A stretch of DNA of 64,000 bases, taken from contig NC_134034.1 of assembly GCF_964204645.1 (NCBI RefSeq), positions 14,237,024-14,301,023 of the forward strand. Reading direction: 5' to 3'. The translations under genes were made by a program, and so were the position numbers. The DNA is from Tubulanus polymorphus (taxonomy: Eukaryota > Animalia > Nemertea). Below the pieces are notes generated by a model that saw nothing but the letters and a program-made list of their open reading frames with translations, searched no databases and was not told the origin of the DNA. Positions 13,473 through 26,200 of this stretch are shown here, one piece after another (position 1 is the stretch's first letter; the number at the start of each line of letters is the position of its first letter).

Positions 13473-13475
13473 GCG
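13402..13475 (+). tRNA. trnN-GTT: tRNA-Asn (anticodon GTT)
   Basis: GCCTCCG/CGGGGGC acceptor stem, D arm GCGC..GCGC, anticodon arm TTCGG-CTGTTAA-CCGAA, T arm GGTGG-TTCAAGC-CCACC, discriminator G, followed by T-runs. Confidence 0.96.
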
Positions 13476-13483
13476 GTCAAATA

Positions 13484-13496
13484 TTTTGTTTTTTTT
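13484..13496 (+). terminator. Pol III oligo-T terminator of tRNA-Asn
   Basis: TTTTGTTTTTTTT starts 9 nt after the tRNA 3' end. Confidence 0.75.
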
Positions 13497-14864
13497 CAAA
13501 TATTTTCAATTTTTATCTATCTTACACTATCTACTACAGTTTACATTGATTTTAATCCGAACTGACCGGTTATCTTTTAAGCCGGGACCCTCAAAGACTC
13601 GGAGTTCCAAGATAATGCCCGCATTGGGCCGCCTTAAACCTTTATAATTTAAAACTCCAAAAATGTATATCTTAGGGGGCTATCTCTCTCTTTATAATGG
13701 ACCATGATTTAAATGACTCCACAAAAGGCCGATAGCAAAAGCCGGCGATAGGGCGGGTTACCGGCCTGATCCGGTCTTATGCCCAGTTCAACCTTCTTCG
13801 ACTTCAGTTTCTTGGATCATAAGTTTGAGCCTACAAATCAAAATAAGTTCATCTCCAATAATCAAATGAGTCAATCTTTAACTGAGAAATGGTCTATAGA
13901 ACTCCCCGCAGCATCGGTCCTGACATTGCTTTCGATGTACAATAAAACACAATTTCAAATTATTTTAAATGTCGACTTATTTTTCAGCATATATTGTCAT
14001 TCCGAGTTTCCGCTAGTTTCTAATATCCGTATATTTCAATGGATGATACTATTTCATTTTCTTGTCTCTGCGGAATGGTTACATGTTGCATATTGTTGCT
14101 GATTTAAGAAATTTGAGTTGAAAAGTTGAAACAAGAGATTCACGCAGTTAGAATGCTGCCAAAACTGTCAACATCTATCTATGGACGACCAGAGTGGAAT
14201 ATGATAAAACTCGCATCACAAATAGGTTTTTAAAAAGGGAAAAAACTGACTCAAACAATGCAGGATAAAATAGCGTCTAGCAACTAAAATGGTTTATTGT
14301 GATTCAATTTAAACCATGATTCTAATGTGATATAGAAAATATTATATCCTCTTATTGTTAATACGACGGCTTCTACGAATACTGCGAACAATTTCACTGT
14401 TTCATTAGTTCTAATATCTATTCCTCATCGGACCAACCATGGACGTATAAACTAGATTAGTTTAGATAAGTTTATACGTCCATGGACCAACTTATGCCAC
14501 CTAATACTTATAGCTCCAGATAGATTTCTTGAAATTAATCATATCTGTTTAAATGTGAATTAGACCACATTCTGCCTATTAGCGGCAACATTGTAAGATT
14601 GCCAGTTATAACTGCGTGGTTTATCTGAATGTAAATATAACGCCAACGATCACGAGTCTGAAATCCAACAAAGAAGACTTTGACTTCTACCTATCAGCAC
14701 CAGTAATATATCGGAGAAAATGGATACATATTTGTTTTTTAGTCTGTAAAATATTCATATTAAAAGAAGCTACAACGCATTTTTCAAAGATCAAATTGAC
14801 TGGCAACACAACTGAATAGGCACGGGCAGCAGGTGTCGCAGATTGACTCTATACCAATGGCGAC

Positions 14865-17800
14865 ATGAAATCTTCACTTATCCAAAACGACGATTCGTTA
14901 GAATTAGACTCTTTTTTCATCGAAGATTTGCGTAAAACAACAACCACTAATGAAGACCCTGCGCCCAAGAACAGCATGAAACCGGTAAGTCGACATATTT
15001 TACATTAAATCGCCAAAACACGGCGTCAGAAATTCGAAATGAAGCCGCATCATAAATTTATTTCAATCTTCACCCGCGCAATGTTTTGCACCAAAAAACA
15101 CATTTCGCGTTAACTTTTCGCATATATTTTTACATCAGCATCTGGCTGTCGACGTAATTGATTTCTATTTGATATTAATGTCCATAAATTAGCTTAGTTT
15201 TCGTTAAAAACCGTGGTTATTGTCGGAGATGAATATTTTTCATGCGTCTCCTATGGCGGCTATGATATAAAAGCCTGAATGTCGTTATTGAAATGACGTT
15301 GTCGCTAACATTGATCACGAGTGACGCACTCACTGTTCACGTGTAAATATAGAACGTCGTGTGACACGTGTCACCTCACTTGCCAGCGGGCGGATACGAC
15401 TGCGACCGAACCTGCTTTTATTGGAATACTGAATTTTAATTAATCAAGTCGCTTGGGAATTTAACACAACTTCCCGTTTCATTTGAGCCGATAACAAATC
15501 TTTTCCTGCGGCAAAAAGTGCAGAAAGGTCGCGTGGATTGGAATTTTACCGCTTTAGCATAAAATCGGAAATTACGAGGAGTGTCTCATAATAGCGAAAA
15601 CCTATTCAAAGAACAAAAAATCTCTGATAACTAGATTTGTTGGACCTGAGTTCTTAAAAATCCTTAAAGCAAATTTGTTTTTCATATTTAGGATACGAAT
15701 AATGGCGGTGGTAATAACGCAGGACTCGACCCTGACTGGGACATCTCACAGAGTAGCATCGACTATATAGATCTATCAGAATTACTCTTATTGGACGTCC
15801 CTATGCAACAAGATGATTATTATACACCCGAACATCATATAAATAACAACATTTCTACTACTGCCATGTCAGTATGTCAGAATTGGGATTACGTTTCATT
15901 CCAACCGGATCAAACCATCTGCCCCCAAACAACTTCTTATCAAACGGCTTCTAATATCGACACTTTATCCCCCTATACCGCGACAACGACCCCTAGCGGT
16001 AGTTATAGATCAGGCCAGTCGACCCCCGGTAATTCTAGTTACATATCCGATTATTCTACGCCCGGTTCACCGGGAATACCTAGCGTTTACTCGAGGTCTG
16101 GACATTCATCCCCGGGGTCGGGTTATTCGAGAACGATATTAACCCCACCCAGTTACCATTCGGGTCAATCAACACCTGGCTCTAAGCCAACTTATGAACT
16201 CTGCGACCTGGATAAACATGTGGCCGCGGCTTTAGGCAGTGGACCCAACAAGGGGTCTCGAGATAGTGACATGTCCCCTAGTTACCCAATGTCTCCCGAC
16301 GATACAGCTCAATGTCAGGACAGACCTAAATCTCGAAGTAAACCGGATAAAGATGAATTACGTCATCACCGGAAACTTGGTTATTTGACATATATAGAAC
16401 AGCATTATGACGATGATATGATGACGTCACCTGATATGACGATTAATGAAGAAACTGAGGTCGATCTTCAGATTGATGAGACTCACAATAATTCACACTG
16501 CCTGAAACGACGTAAATCCACTCATAATAAATCCAATCATAATCCGAATTCATATCCAACAAGTCCGGCTACTGGATCTCCGAGAAATCCGCAATTACAG
16601 GATTCAAAATCCACCATCAGTCACCAGCAACAACAACATGCCGGTCCAGTTTTATACAGCCCACGTAGAAGATATAGGTTTCAAACAAGACCGCAATCAG
16701 CAATCAGTAACCCGCTGTCTCCGACCAGCGACGCTCCAATCATTCCGCAACCACGCGCTAAAGATCCCAACAGATTCGATATCAAAATGCCGAAAGATTT
16801 GAAAGTTCCCAGGCATCAAAGACCGTGTCATAAACATGCTGAAGTTCGTCGGCGAAAGAAAATCGAGGTAAGTATCCGATGATACAGGTGGTTGAATCAC
16901 GTGTGTGAGGAGTGATGAAAAATCGTAGTCTGGTTATCAGCGGTTCAAATTACGGCAAGATATTTTGGAGATTTTCGGAATTAGAAAACAAACTACCCGG
17001 ATAATGGGATCATGTTCAATTTGATGGTGATAGCTTTTATAATCGGAAGGGCTTATACCGCTGTATAAAATGACAAGGGTCAAAACGCGGGCGAACAAAT
17101 GATTCGTGAAAATATGTTATCGCGAAAATACTGACCGGTTACTGACCACCCAGGCAACCGACTCTGCATAAATTAAATCGGAGAAGTCTATATACGATAA
17201 CCAGGCTGCGATTATGTAAAAGTATAGTTCTGAGCGCTTCTGACGTGTGAAAAGAAACGGTTCAGAAATGAATGAAGTGAGGCGATTGACAACCCACCCA
17301 TAATTAGTTAGTTACCTAATTGTTGGTGGTAGCTTTTTATAATCGAAAGGGCTTAAACTGTGAATTTATCCGATCGTGAAATTAAACCACAGACAGATAC
17401 TACTGACTATCACAAAATATATGAACGAAATTCACGCACCAAAATTATGCGAAATACTGTATACTATTGACTAACGGCCATCATTTATTAAAATTCGACC
17501 AACTATATTCGATCAATCTCAAAATAAATTCATTACTCCCAAATTCTTTCTGTTTATTTCTGAACCGTTCAGTTATAAAAAGTAAGTAGTATTTTTTTCG
17601 CAGCGGTTTGAATGAGGGCTTTGAATGGACGTTACTCTGTCTGTTTCGGGCAGCGCGGGTCGAGGGGTGCGAGAGGGCGGATTCAAGATTCCACTGTATT
17701 CCAGAATATAGTCAGAAAAAAATGTCACCAACAACATATTTTTTTGAATTACCAAGAAATCTGACCCGATCCAGAATACATTTTTCAAAATATTCTTCGG

Positions 17801-20289
17801 GAAGGATATTCGAAATCAGCAATGCTCGCTAATCCGTCAGTAGATCATTGAGCGATAATTCCTAGGAATATAGTGAAATTAACCGGTTAGATCCGCCCCT
17901 CCCCCCGGGCCCCTCCCCTCTCTCGGGGAGATGGTACGTATTGAGTAACGGTAGAATGAGTGAGTGACAGGTAGTATGTTTTATGTGTTTTCCTATTTGC
18001 AGAATTACATTTATGATGTTAAACAATTGGTGCCTAGTCTGGGCGCTCAGGGAGGCCATCACAGTCAGGCTTCGGTAATGATTAAAAGTAAGTAAGTCCG
18101 GTATGGCCCTGCAGAGAATTAGAGTCACCGATCCTGTTCTCGCTGTCTGTCAGAACTTGTTGGATGTGTGTATTAAATGGTAGGCGATGCATTGTTTACG
18201 TCATATCGTGTTTTGAGAATTTTTGGAACTCTCAGAATCCAGTACCACATTTACAACATGTCAGTAACATCTGATTCAAGAGTCAATTTGATCATTTTTT
18301 GGATGATTTAACTCGGAATCAGATTAGGGAACTGTAGGTTTCAGCATCGAAGGGTGATACTTTTACTCTGGGGCTGAGACATTTCATTTACCGAGTCCAG
18401 ATCCACAGTAAAAGCTTCAATCGGCCTCAAATTCATGGTTTCGTAACTTTTTTTAACCGATTTTACTGGGACCTGATCAGCTCATGAGTTCGTCCGGGAC
18501 CCCCTGGACCATCCATCCCGACTGACCCCGTTTGTTCTGTGCTGAATAGTTCACGATTCTAAACAAGTCTAAATCTTCTACTTGTAGCTGCTGATTACAT
18601 AAAACAGTTGAAGAAATCTGACGGTGAATTACGTAAAGAGATTGAAGTATTGAGGTCAGAGGTTGCTGGGCATACTAGAGAACTAAGGTAAACCGCGTCG
18701 AGTCTCTTGTATATACAGTGGTGAATATGGTTATTGGCTTGTCAATCCAACAACCATCATGAGATATATCTATTTAAAACGTTTATGGCATTGAATGTCA
18801 TTTCTCAGTTTAGAAATGTCAATATGCGCGTATCGTCGTTTTGTAGAGAATACTGATTCATTCTCAGACGTGTTGAAATCTGGAGCCATTTCGACTGTTG
18901 TTATTCTAGATGTGTTAGACCTAAACCCGCGCTTACAGAATGATAAAACCGAAGCTCCTTTTAAACTTTTTCACTTCATATATTTGCTGTACGCTGAGTA
19001 GTAGGCCTACAATTAGGCCCCATATATCAGTTTTCAGTACAAACGTCTTCAGATATTCTAAATGTGTGCTGATATCTTTTAAGTCGTCACGTTACGTGGT
19101 TAAACCGTTATCTAATATACAATATACAATACACCTAATTCAGAAATAACAATTGATCATAAATGATAAAAATTATGCAAATTCGACAAACATTTACGAC
19201 TCCATAAAAACCCAATTTATCGATCTAATATCAAATATATCCGTCATAATTCATTACACGATGATATATACGTTTTATTTCATGTATTTTCGAAACGTTT
19301 TAATGTGTTCATTTTTTCTCATCTATTTCTTTCTATTTCTGCAGAGAATATCAGCGAAATCTTCCCGAATCAGGCGCAGTCGCGGTCACGTGTGACAACG
19401 TAGAGACACGTCCTAAAAAATCCCTCGATCAATTATTCGATGATTACGTCACGGAAAGATGTCAAATTAACTGGAGATTCTGGATCGTATCCTTATCAGT
19501 AAAAATTACCGTGATTAGTTTAGATTAATTACCAGTGTTTTCAATACAGTGACTGGTCCACCAGCTCGTCGTCTCATTGGAACATAACTGATAATTCTGA
19601 CTGATTAAACAACCGCAAACTGTAAATTCCTTCACCCGTCGACCGCTGATCATAGTTCAGTATAATCGCTCGTCAACTTTTTGAAAGTTTTTCGAATAAC
19701 GTCGTGAATGGAAACAATTGGGAAGAGTTTTCGCATTCAGTTTCTGACTGGGTTTCAACTAGATGCACTTTATCGGCGTTAAGACCAGGTACCGTACTTC
19801 AACACCAGGCGGCAGCACAGTATCTACTGCACCTCAAATATCACAAAATACCCACATTAATTACGAAGAAAAACTAAGAGAGATGTGTCGACTTAATTCT
19901 ACCAGTAACAAAACTTATTTAGTGATGACATCGTTGTTTTATCGTTGAACACGCCATTCCACTAACAGTCCACTACTCAGTCCACTACCCAGTCCACTAC
20001 TCGGTCCACTTCTCAGTCCACTACTCGGTCCATTACTTACATCGGTCTTTCTCCATAGTTTGTGGGGTTTTCTTCACTCACTTGTCAATGAAAACCAACA
20101 CATTTTTATGATATTTTTCTCTTTGGCTTTTTGTTCTATTCAGTGTTTGCGACATCGATGAGACACATCGGTTTGAAGACGAACGTGTTAGCCGAACCGA
20201 ACAAGTTTAAAGATGATGTACAACAGAAATTATGTCAGGACCTGGCATCAACTCATCTGGATCCGGAATCCAGATATGACAGTCTCTGA
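14865..20289 (+). CDS. Mondo/ChREBP-Mlx family bHLH-Zip transcription factor (~633 aa, 7 exons) with a divergent Ser/Pro-rich N-terminus
   Basis: Exons 14865-14984, 15692-16867, 18003-18087, 18588-18687, 19345-19486, 19656-19788, 20144-20289 join in frame. bHLH HKHAEVRRRKKIE..VKQLVP..SQASVMIKTADYIKQL, zipper, then Mondo-type DCD: YQRNLPESG..LFDDYVTERCQINWRFWIFSIIARQLFESF..WVSTRCTLSALRP. The first exon is the least certain. Confidence 0.85.
19487..19655 (+). other. U12-type (minor spliceosome) GT-AG intron
   Basis: 5' splice site GTATCCTT, branch box TTCCTTCAC at 19627-19635, no polypyrimidine tract before CATAG. Splicing restores NWRFWI|FSII. Confidence 0.9.
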
Positions 20290-21019
20290 TGTAACGATTT
20301 AATCAGTTTAGGAGCTGTTTACAATCTGTGTGAATATATATATATATATATACTTGGGATACGGAGTCATACATAACATGGCTTTTTACACCAAACATAT
20401 CGTTATTTAAACTGTTGTATTTATGTTCATTCTTTATCGAATAAAGGATTTGGTTTTTTATTAAATTCTGGCACTTGTTTGTGTGGTTTTATTTTTTCCA
20501 TGTTTTGATTTAAATCAAGTAATAGAATACGATATTTAGTCACGAAGAATTGAATGGTGGTGCCATCTATTTCTGTTAGATAGGGCTCGACTTTATATAG
20601 TTACTCGTTTTGACGCTAGGTGGCAGCGATTGTAGTTACTGAAAATTTGAATTTAAACCGTCATCAGGAGCCAGATACTTCAATGAATTCATTCATTCTA
20701 TCGCGGATGATTCTGACAGTTTTCCTCACCGAGTATGACACATCCGGTTAACGTGTAGACTGAAGTGTACTACTTTACTATGAACATCACGATTGTCATC
20801 TGCAGCGTGAGTTTTCACAGTTAGTTATTACCAGTCCCTACAACTTGAAACTAGACACATTTCACAGTTTGACTGGTTGATGTTGTTGTTTATATTTTGT
20901 TGGTGAATTTTAATATAGATGTAGTGAACCTGGTTGTGATTACAGCTGTCTTCAAAAACATTCATTACACACTCATCTCATGAAACATACAGGTACTTAA
21001 TTACTACTAGATCAATCTG

Positions 21020-21740
21020 CAGCCTAGATACTGTACCCCTCTCCTGGATACTGTACCCCTCTCCTGGATACTGTACCCCTCAGCCTGGACCGTGTACCCC
21101 TCAGCCTTCCCTCACCCTAGACCGTGTACCCCTCAGCCTGGATACATTCCCCCTCAGCCTCCACTCAGCCTGGACCCTTCAGCCCAGACCCTGTACCCCT
21201 CAGCCTGGACCGTGTTCCCCTCAGCCTGGACCCTGTACCCCTCAGCCTGGACCCTTCAGCCTAGACCCTGTACCCCTCAGCCTGGATACTGTACCCCTCA
21301 GCCTAGACCCTGTACCCCTCAGCCTGGACCCTGCACCCCTCAGCCTGGTCCCTGCATCCCTCAGCCTCCACTCAGCCTGGATCCTGCACCCCTCAGCCTC
21401 CACTCAGCCTGGACCCTGTACCCCTCAGCCTCCACTCAGCCTGGTCCCTGCACCCCTCAGCCTCCACTCAGCCTGGATCCTGCACCCCTCAGCCTCCACT
21501 CAGCCTGGACCGTGTACCCCTCAGCCTCCACTCAGCCTGGATCCTGCACCCCTCAGCTCAGCCTCCACTCAGCCTGGATCCTGCACCCCTCAGCCTCCAC
21601 TCAGACTGGACCGTGTACCCCTCAGCCTCCACTCAGCCTGGTCCCTGCACCCCTCAGCCTCCACTCAGCCTGGATCCTGCACCCCTCAGCCTCCACTCAG
21701 CCTGGACCGTGTACCCCTCAGTCTAGATACTGTACCCGTT
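21020..21740. repeat. C-rich degenerate 21/32-bp minisatellite (CCCCTCAGCCTGGACCCTGTA and variants)
   Basis: Tandem copies within the zinc-finger intron; source of the repetitive ORF 21092-21757. Confidence 0.9.
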
Positions 21741-22428
21741 CCCCCTCATCCTCCTGAGGGTAACAGCTGCTGATTTTTACCCAATTTATCCGAAATGAAG
21801 TGAATTTCATTGAAATATTGAATGTATGTATTTTCAGGTGAAGCGATGAAATGTCCGGAATCGAGTTGTTCGTTTACAACTCGTCATAAATCGAGTTTAA
21901 AATTACATATAAAACGCAAACACACGACGGAGACACGAGATAAAGTGAAACTGTTTAACTGCGCGATGTGTCAATATTCAACCGATCTAAAATCATATTA
22001 CAATCGACACATGAAAAAACATCTGGGATTTAAAGATTTTAAATGTTCTCAATGTTCGTATACGGCTTCGAGTAAAGACGCGATTCGAGTTCACACGAGA
22101 ATTCACTCGAATTTACAGATTTATCAGTGCGAGTTCTGCGGTTATAGAACGAACTAGTTCGGCTTTACGCGTTCATTTAATGGTTCATCGCGATATTAAA
22201 CCGTGGATGTGTTCGATCTGCGATTATAAATCAGTCACGCGACAGAAAGTCAATCGCCACATCCGACAGCGTCATAAAAACATGGACGACGCGACTGCCG
22301 TTTTTGTAAAATCGGAATCGATTCATATTTCGGCGTCAAGACGAGTAACGAGAAGATCGTGAAACTCGGGATTAGATACGAACAATCTGGAAACGCTACG
22401 GAATCTATAGATCAGTGTAAAACTATTA

Positions 22429-22434
22429 TTATTA

Positions 22435-22471
<37 letters not shown>

Positions 22472-22925
22472 CATTATTATTATCATTATTATTATTATTA
22501 TTATTATTATATTGTATTTTGTGTCAGAATCCACTTAAGTGATCAATGACACTTCATTACTGAATAAATCTAATGTGGTGAAAACAAATGTGTTTTGAGG
22601 CTTCTCTTGAAGACAGAGATACTGGAAGCCGCTCTTACATGGCGAGGAAGGTTGTTCCACAAACGTGGAGCAGCGACTGAGAAGGCTCTGTCTCCAAGAG
22701 AAGCTAATCTTGAACGGGGTTGAGTAAGCAAAAGATCATCTGCTGAACGTAACATTCTAGTCGGGGAGTAAGGTGATAAAAGGTCTTGAAGGTATTTTGG
22801 AGCCAGTCCATAGAAACATTTGTAAGCAGACAATAGGATCTTGAAGTTAATACGCTCTTTGACTGGGAGCCAGTGCAGCTGTTTGAGAATAGGAGAAATT
22901 TGTTCGTATTTTAGAGTATGGGGCG
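22429..22925 (-). mobile_element. 5'-truncated L2/CR1-group LINE 3' end with (TAA)n tail
   Basis: ORF2 C-terminal motif ISPILKQLHWLPVKERINFKILL..GLAPKYL..LRS..GDRAFSVAAPRLWNNLP..FKRSLKTHLF, short 3' UTR and microsatellite tail 22424-22513. Candidate TSD CTATTA (22423-22428, 22926-22931). Confidence 0.88.
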
Positions 22926-23231
22926 CTATTAGAGTATGATGTACGCGAAGATGAAGAGATTTGTACTTTACAATGTTCACTGTGTAATTTCACTTGTCAC
23001 TCTGATTCATCTTTAACTTTACATCAATTGAATTTTTATTCTAACGGTCACATACAAATAGTCGACAATAATGAACATTTTACTCAGTTCTAGTAAATAG
23101 TAATACCGGTAGTCAAATGTGTGTGTTTAAGGGTTTTGTTGCTCAAGTAACTGTTCATCGATCTTTCATTTTGTAAAAATTAGAATAAACATGTTTTCCT
23201 GAAGTTATGAGTCATTGATCTTTGTAGCTGT

Positions 23232-26200
23232 AATCAGTATCAGTGATTTTTAGCTCGAACCTGGGACGCCCCTGTTCATCCATCCTCTATTCAGCATCAG
23301 GACCACTCTGAATCAGTATCAGTAATTACTGGGTTTGAATCCTGGACATCCTCTATTCAGCATCAGGACCACTCTGAATCACAGCAATTGATGGGTTTGA
23401 ACCCGGGACATCCTCTATTCAGCATCAGGACCACTCTGAATCACAGCGATTGATGGGTTTGAACCCGGGATACCCCTGTACATCCTCTATTCAGCATCAG
23501 GACCACTCTAAATCAGTATCAGTAATTACTGGGTTTGAACCCGAGACACCCCTGTACATCTTCTATTCAGCATCAGGACCACTCTGAATCATAGCAATTG
23601 ATGTGTTTGAACACGGGACACCCCCGTACATCCTCTATTCAGCATCAGGACCAATCTGAATCAGTTATCAGTAATTACTTTTGTTAAGATATCAACATTT
23701 TACCGTATGGTGCTGCCTCTAGGCTCATCGTTAGCGGAATTTTTATACACTAACGTTAGTCAACCCTGGCAAGCTAAGGTCACGGAGTATAACTGGCCAG
23801 CACGTCGATTGCCAGAGTTGACTTAAGTTAGTGTATGAAAATTTCGATAACGTTGAGCATAGCGGCAGCACTGTACGGTCGGTACACCCCTATTCATCCT
23901 TTATCCATCAGGACCACTCTGAATCACAGCAATTGATGGGTTTGAACCCAGGACACCCCTGTACATCCTCTATTCAGCATCAGGACCACTCTGAATCACA
24001 GCAATTGATGGGTTTGAACCCGGGACACCCCCGTTCATCCTTTATCCATCAGGACCATTAATCACAGCAATTGATGGGTTTGAACACGGGACACCCCCGT
24101 ACATCCTCTATTCAGCATCAGGACCACTCTGAATCACAGCAATTGATGGGTTTGAACCAGAGACATCCCGTACATCCTCTTTTCAGCATCAGGACCACTC
24201 TGAATCACAGCAATTGATGGGTTTGAACACGGGATACCCCTTTACATCCTCTATTCAGCATCAGTACCGCTCTGAATCAGTTATCAACATTTTACCGTAC
24301 GGTGCTGCCTCTATGCTCATCGTTAGAGGAATTTTTATACACTAACGTTAGTCAACTCTGGCAAGCTAAGGTCACGGAGTACAACTGGACAGCACGTCGA
24401 TTGCCAGAGTTGACTTTAGTTAGTGTATGGAAATCCCGCTAACGATGAGCATAGCGGCAGCACTGTACGGTCGGTACACCCCTGTTCATCCTTTATCCAT
24501 CAGGACCACTCTGAATCACAGCAATTGATGGGTTTGAACCCGGGATACCCCTGTTCATCCTCTATTCAGCATCAGGACCACTCTGAATCACAGCAATTGA
24601 TGGGTTTGAACCTGGGATACCCCTGTTAATCCTTTATCCATCAGGACCACTCTGAATCACAGCAATTGATGGGTTTGAACCCGGGATACCCCTGTACATC
24701 CTCTATTCAGCATCAGGACCACTCTGAATCAGTATCAGTAATTACTGGGTTTAAACCCGAGACACCCCTGTACATCCTCTATTCAGCATCAGGACCACTC
24801 TGAATCATAGCAATTGATGGGTTTGAACACGGGACACCCCCGTACATCCTCTATTCATCAGGACCACTCTGAATCACAGCAATTGATGGGTTTGAACACG
24901 GGACACCCCTGTACATCCTCTATTCAGCATCAGGACCACGCTGAATCAGTGATCAACATTTTACCGTATGGTGCTGACTCTATACTCATCGTTAGCGGAA
25001 TTTTTATACACTAACGTTAGTCAACCCCGGCAAGCTAAGGTCACGGAGTACAACTCGGCAGCACGTCGATTGCCAGAGTTGACTTAAGTTAGTGTATGAA
25101 AATCCCGCTAACGATGAGCATAGCGGCAGCACTTACGGTCGGTACACCCCTGTACATCCTTTATCCATCAGGACAACTCTGAATCACAGCAATTGATGGG
25201 TTTGAACACGGGATACCCCTGCACATCCGTTATCAACCAGGACCACTCTGAATCATAGCAATTGATGGGTTTGAACCCGGGATACCCCTGTTCATCCTCT
25301 ATCCAGCATCAGGACCACTCTGAATCAGTATCAGTAATTACTGGGTTTGAACCCGAGACACCCCCGTACATCCTCTATTCAGCATCAGGACCACTCTGAA
25401 TCAGTTATCAGTAATTACTTTTGTTAAGATATCAACATTTTACCGTATGGTGCTGCCTCTAGGCTCATCGTTAGCGGAATTTTTATACACTAACGTTAGT
25501 CAACCCTGGCAAGCTAAGGTCACGGAGTATAACTGGCCAGCACGTCGATTGCCAGAGTTGACTTAAGTTAGTGTATGAAAATTTCGCTAACGTTGAGCAT
25601 AGCGGCAGCACTGTACGGTCGGTACACCCCTATTCATCCTTTATCCATCAGAGGACCACTCTGAATCACAGCAATTGATGGGTTTGAACCCAGGACACCC
25701 CTGTACATCCTCTATTCAGCATCAGGACCACTCTGAATCACAGCAATTGATAGGTTTGAACCCGGGACACCCCCGTTCATCCTTTATCCATCAGGACCAT
25801 TCTGAATCACAGCAATTGATGGGTTTGAACACGGGACACCCCCGTACATCCTCTATTCAGCATCAGGAGTACTCTGAATCACAGCAATTGATGGGTTTGA
25901 ACCCGGGATACCCCTGTTCATCCTTTATCCATCAGGACCACTCTGAATCAGAGCAATTGATGGGTTTGAACCAGAGACATCCCGTACATCCTCTATTCAG
26001 CATCAGGACCACTCTGAATCACAGCAATTGATGGGTTTGAACCCGGGATACCCCTGTACATCCTCTATTCAGCATCAGGACCACTCTGAATCACAGCAAT
26101 TGATGGGTTTGAACCAGAGACATCCCGTACATCCTCTATTCAGCATCAGGACCACTCTGAATCACAGCAATTGATGGGTTTGAACACGGGATACCCCTTT

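Larger units (their letters stand above)
20919..23093 (+). pseudogene. Disrupted multi-C2H2 zinc-finger gene
   Basis: Exon 20919-20992 (CSEPGCDYSCLQKHSLHTHLMKHT) splices in phase to the exon at 21838 with successive fingers. Frameshift at ~22155 (CEFCGYRTN / SSALRVHLMVH), LINE insertion at ~22429-22925, and a further degenerate finger CSLCNFTCHSDSSLTLHQLNFY at 22932-23093. No in-frame start exon found. Confidence 0.75.

Noticed and set aside
22155-22157. TAG read-through or recoding in the zinc-finger ORF
   Set aside because: The finger continues in a different frame, so this is a frameshift, and further lesions follow.
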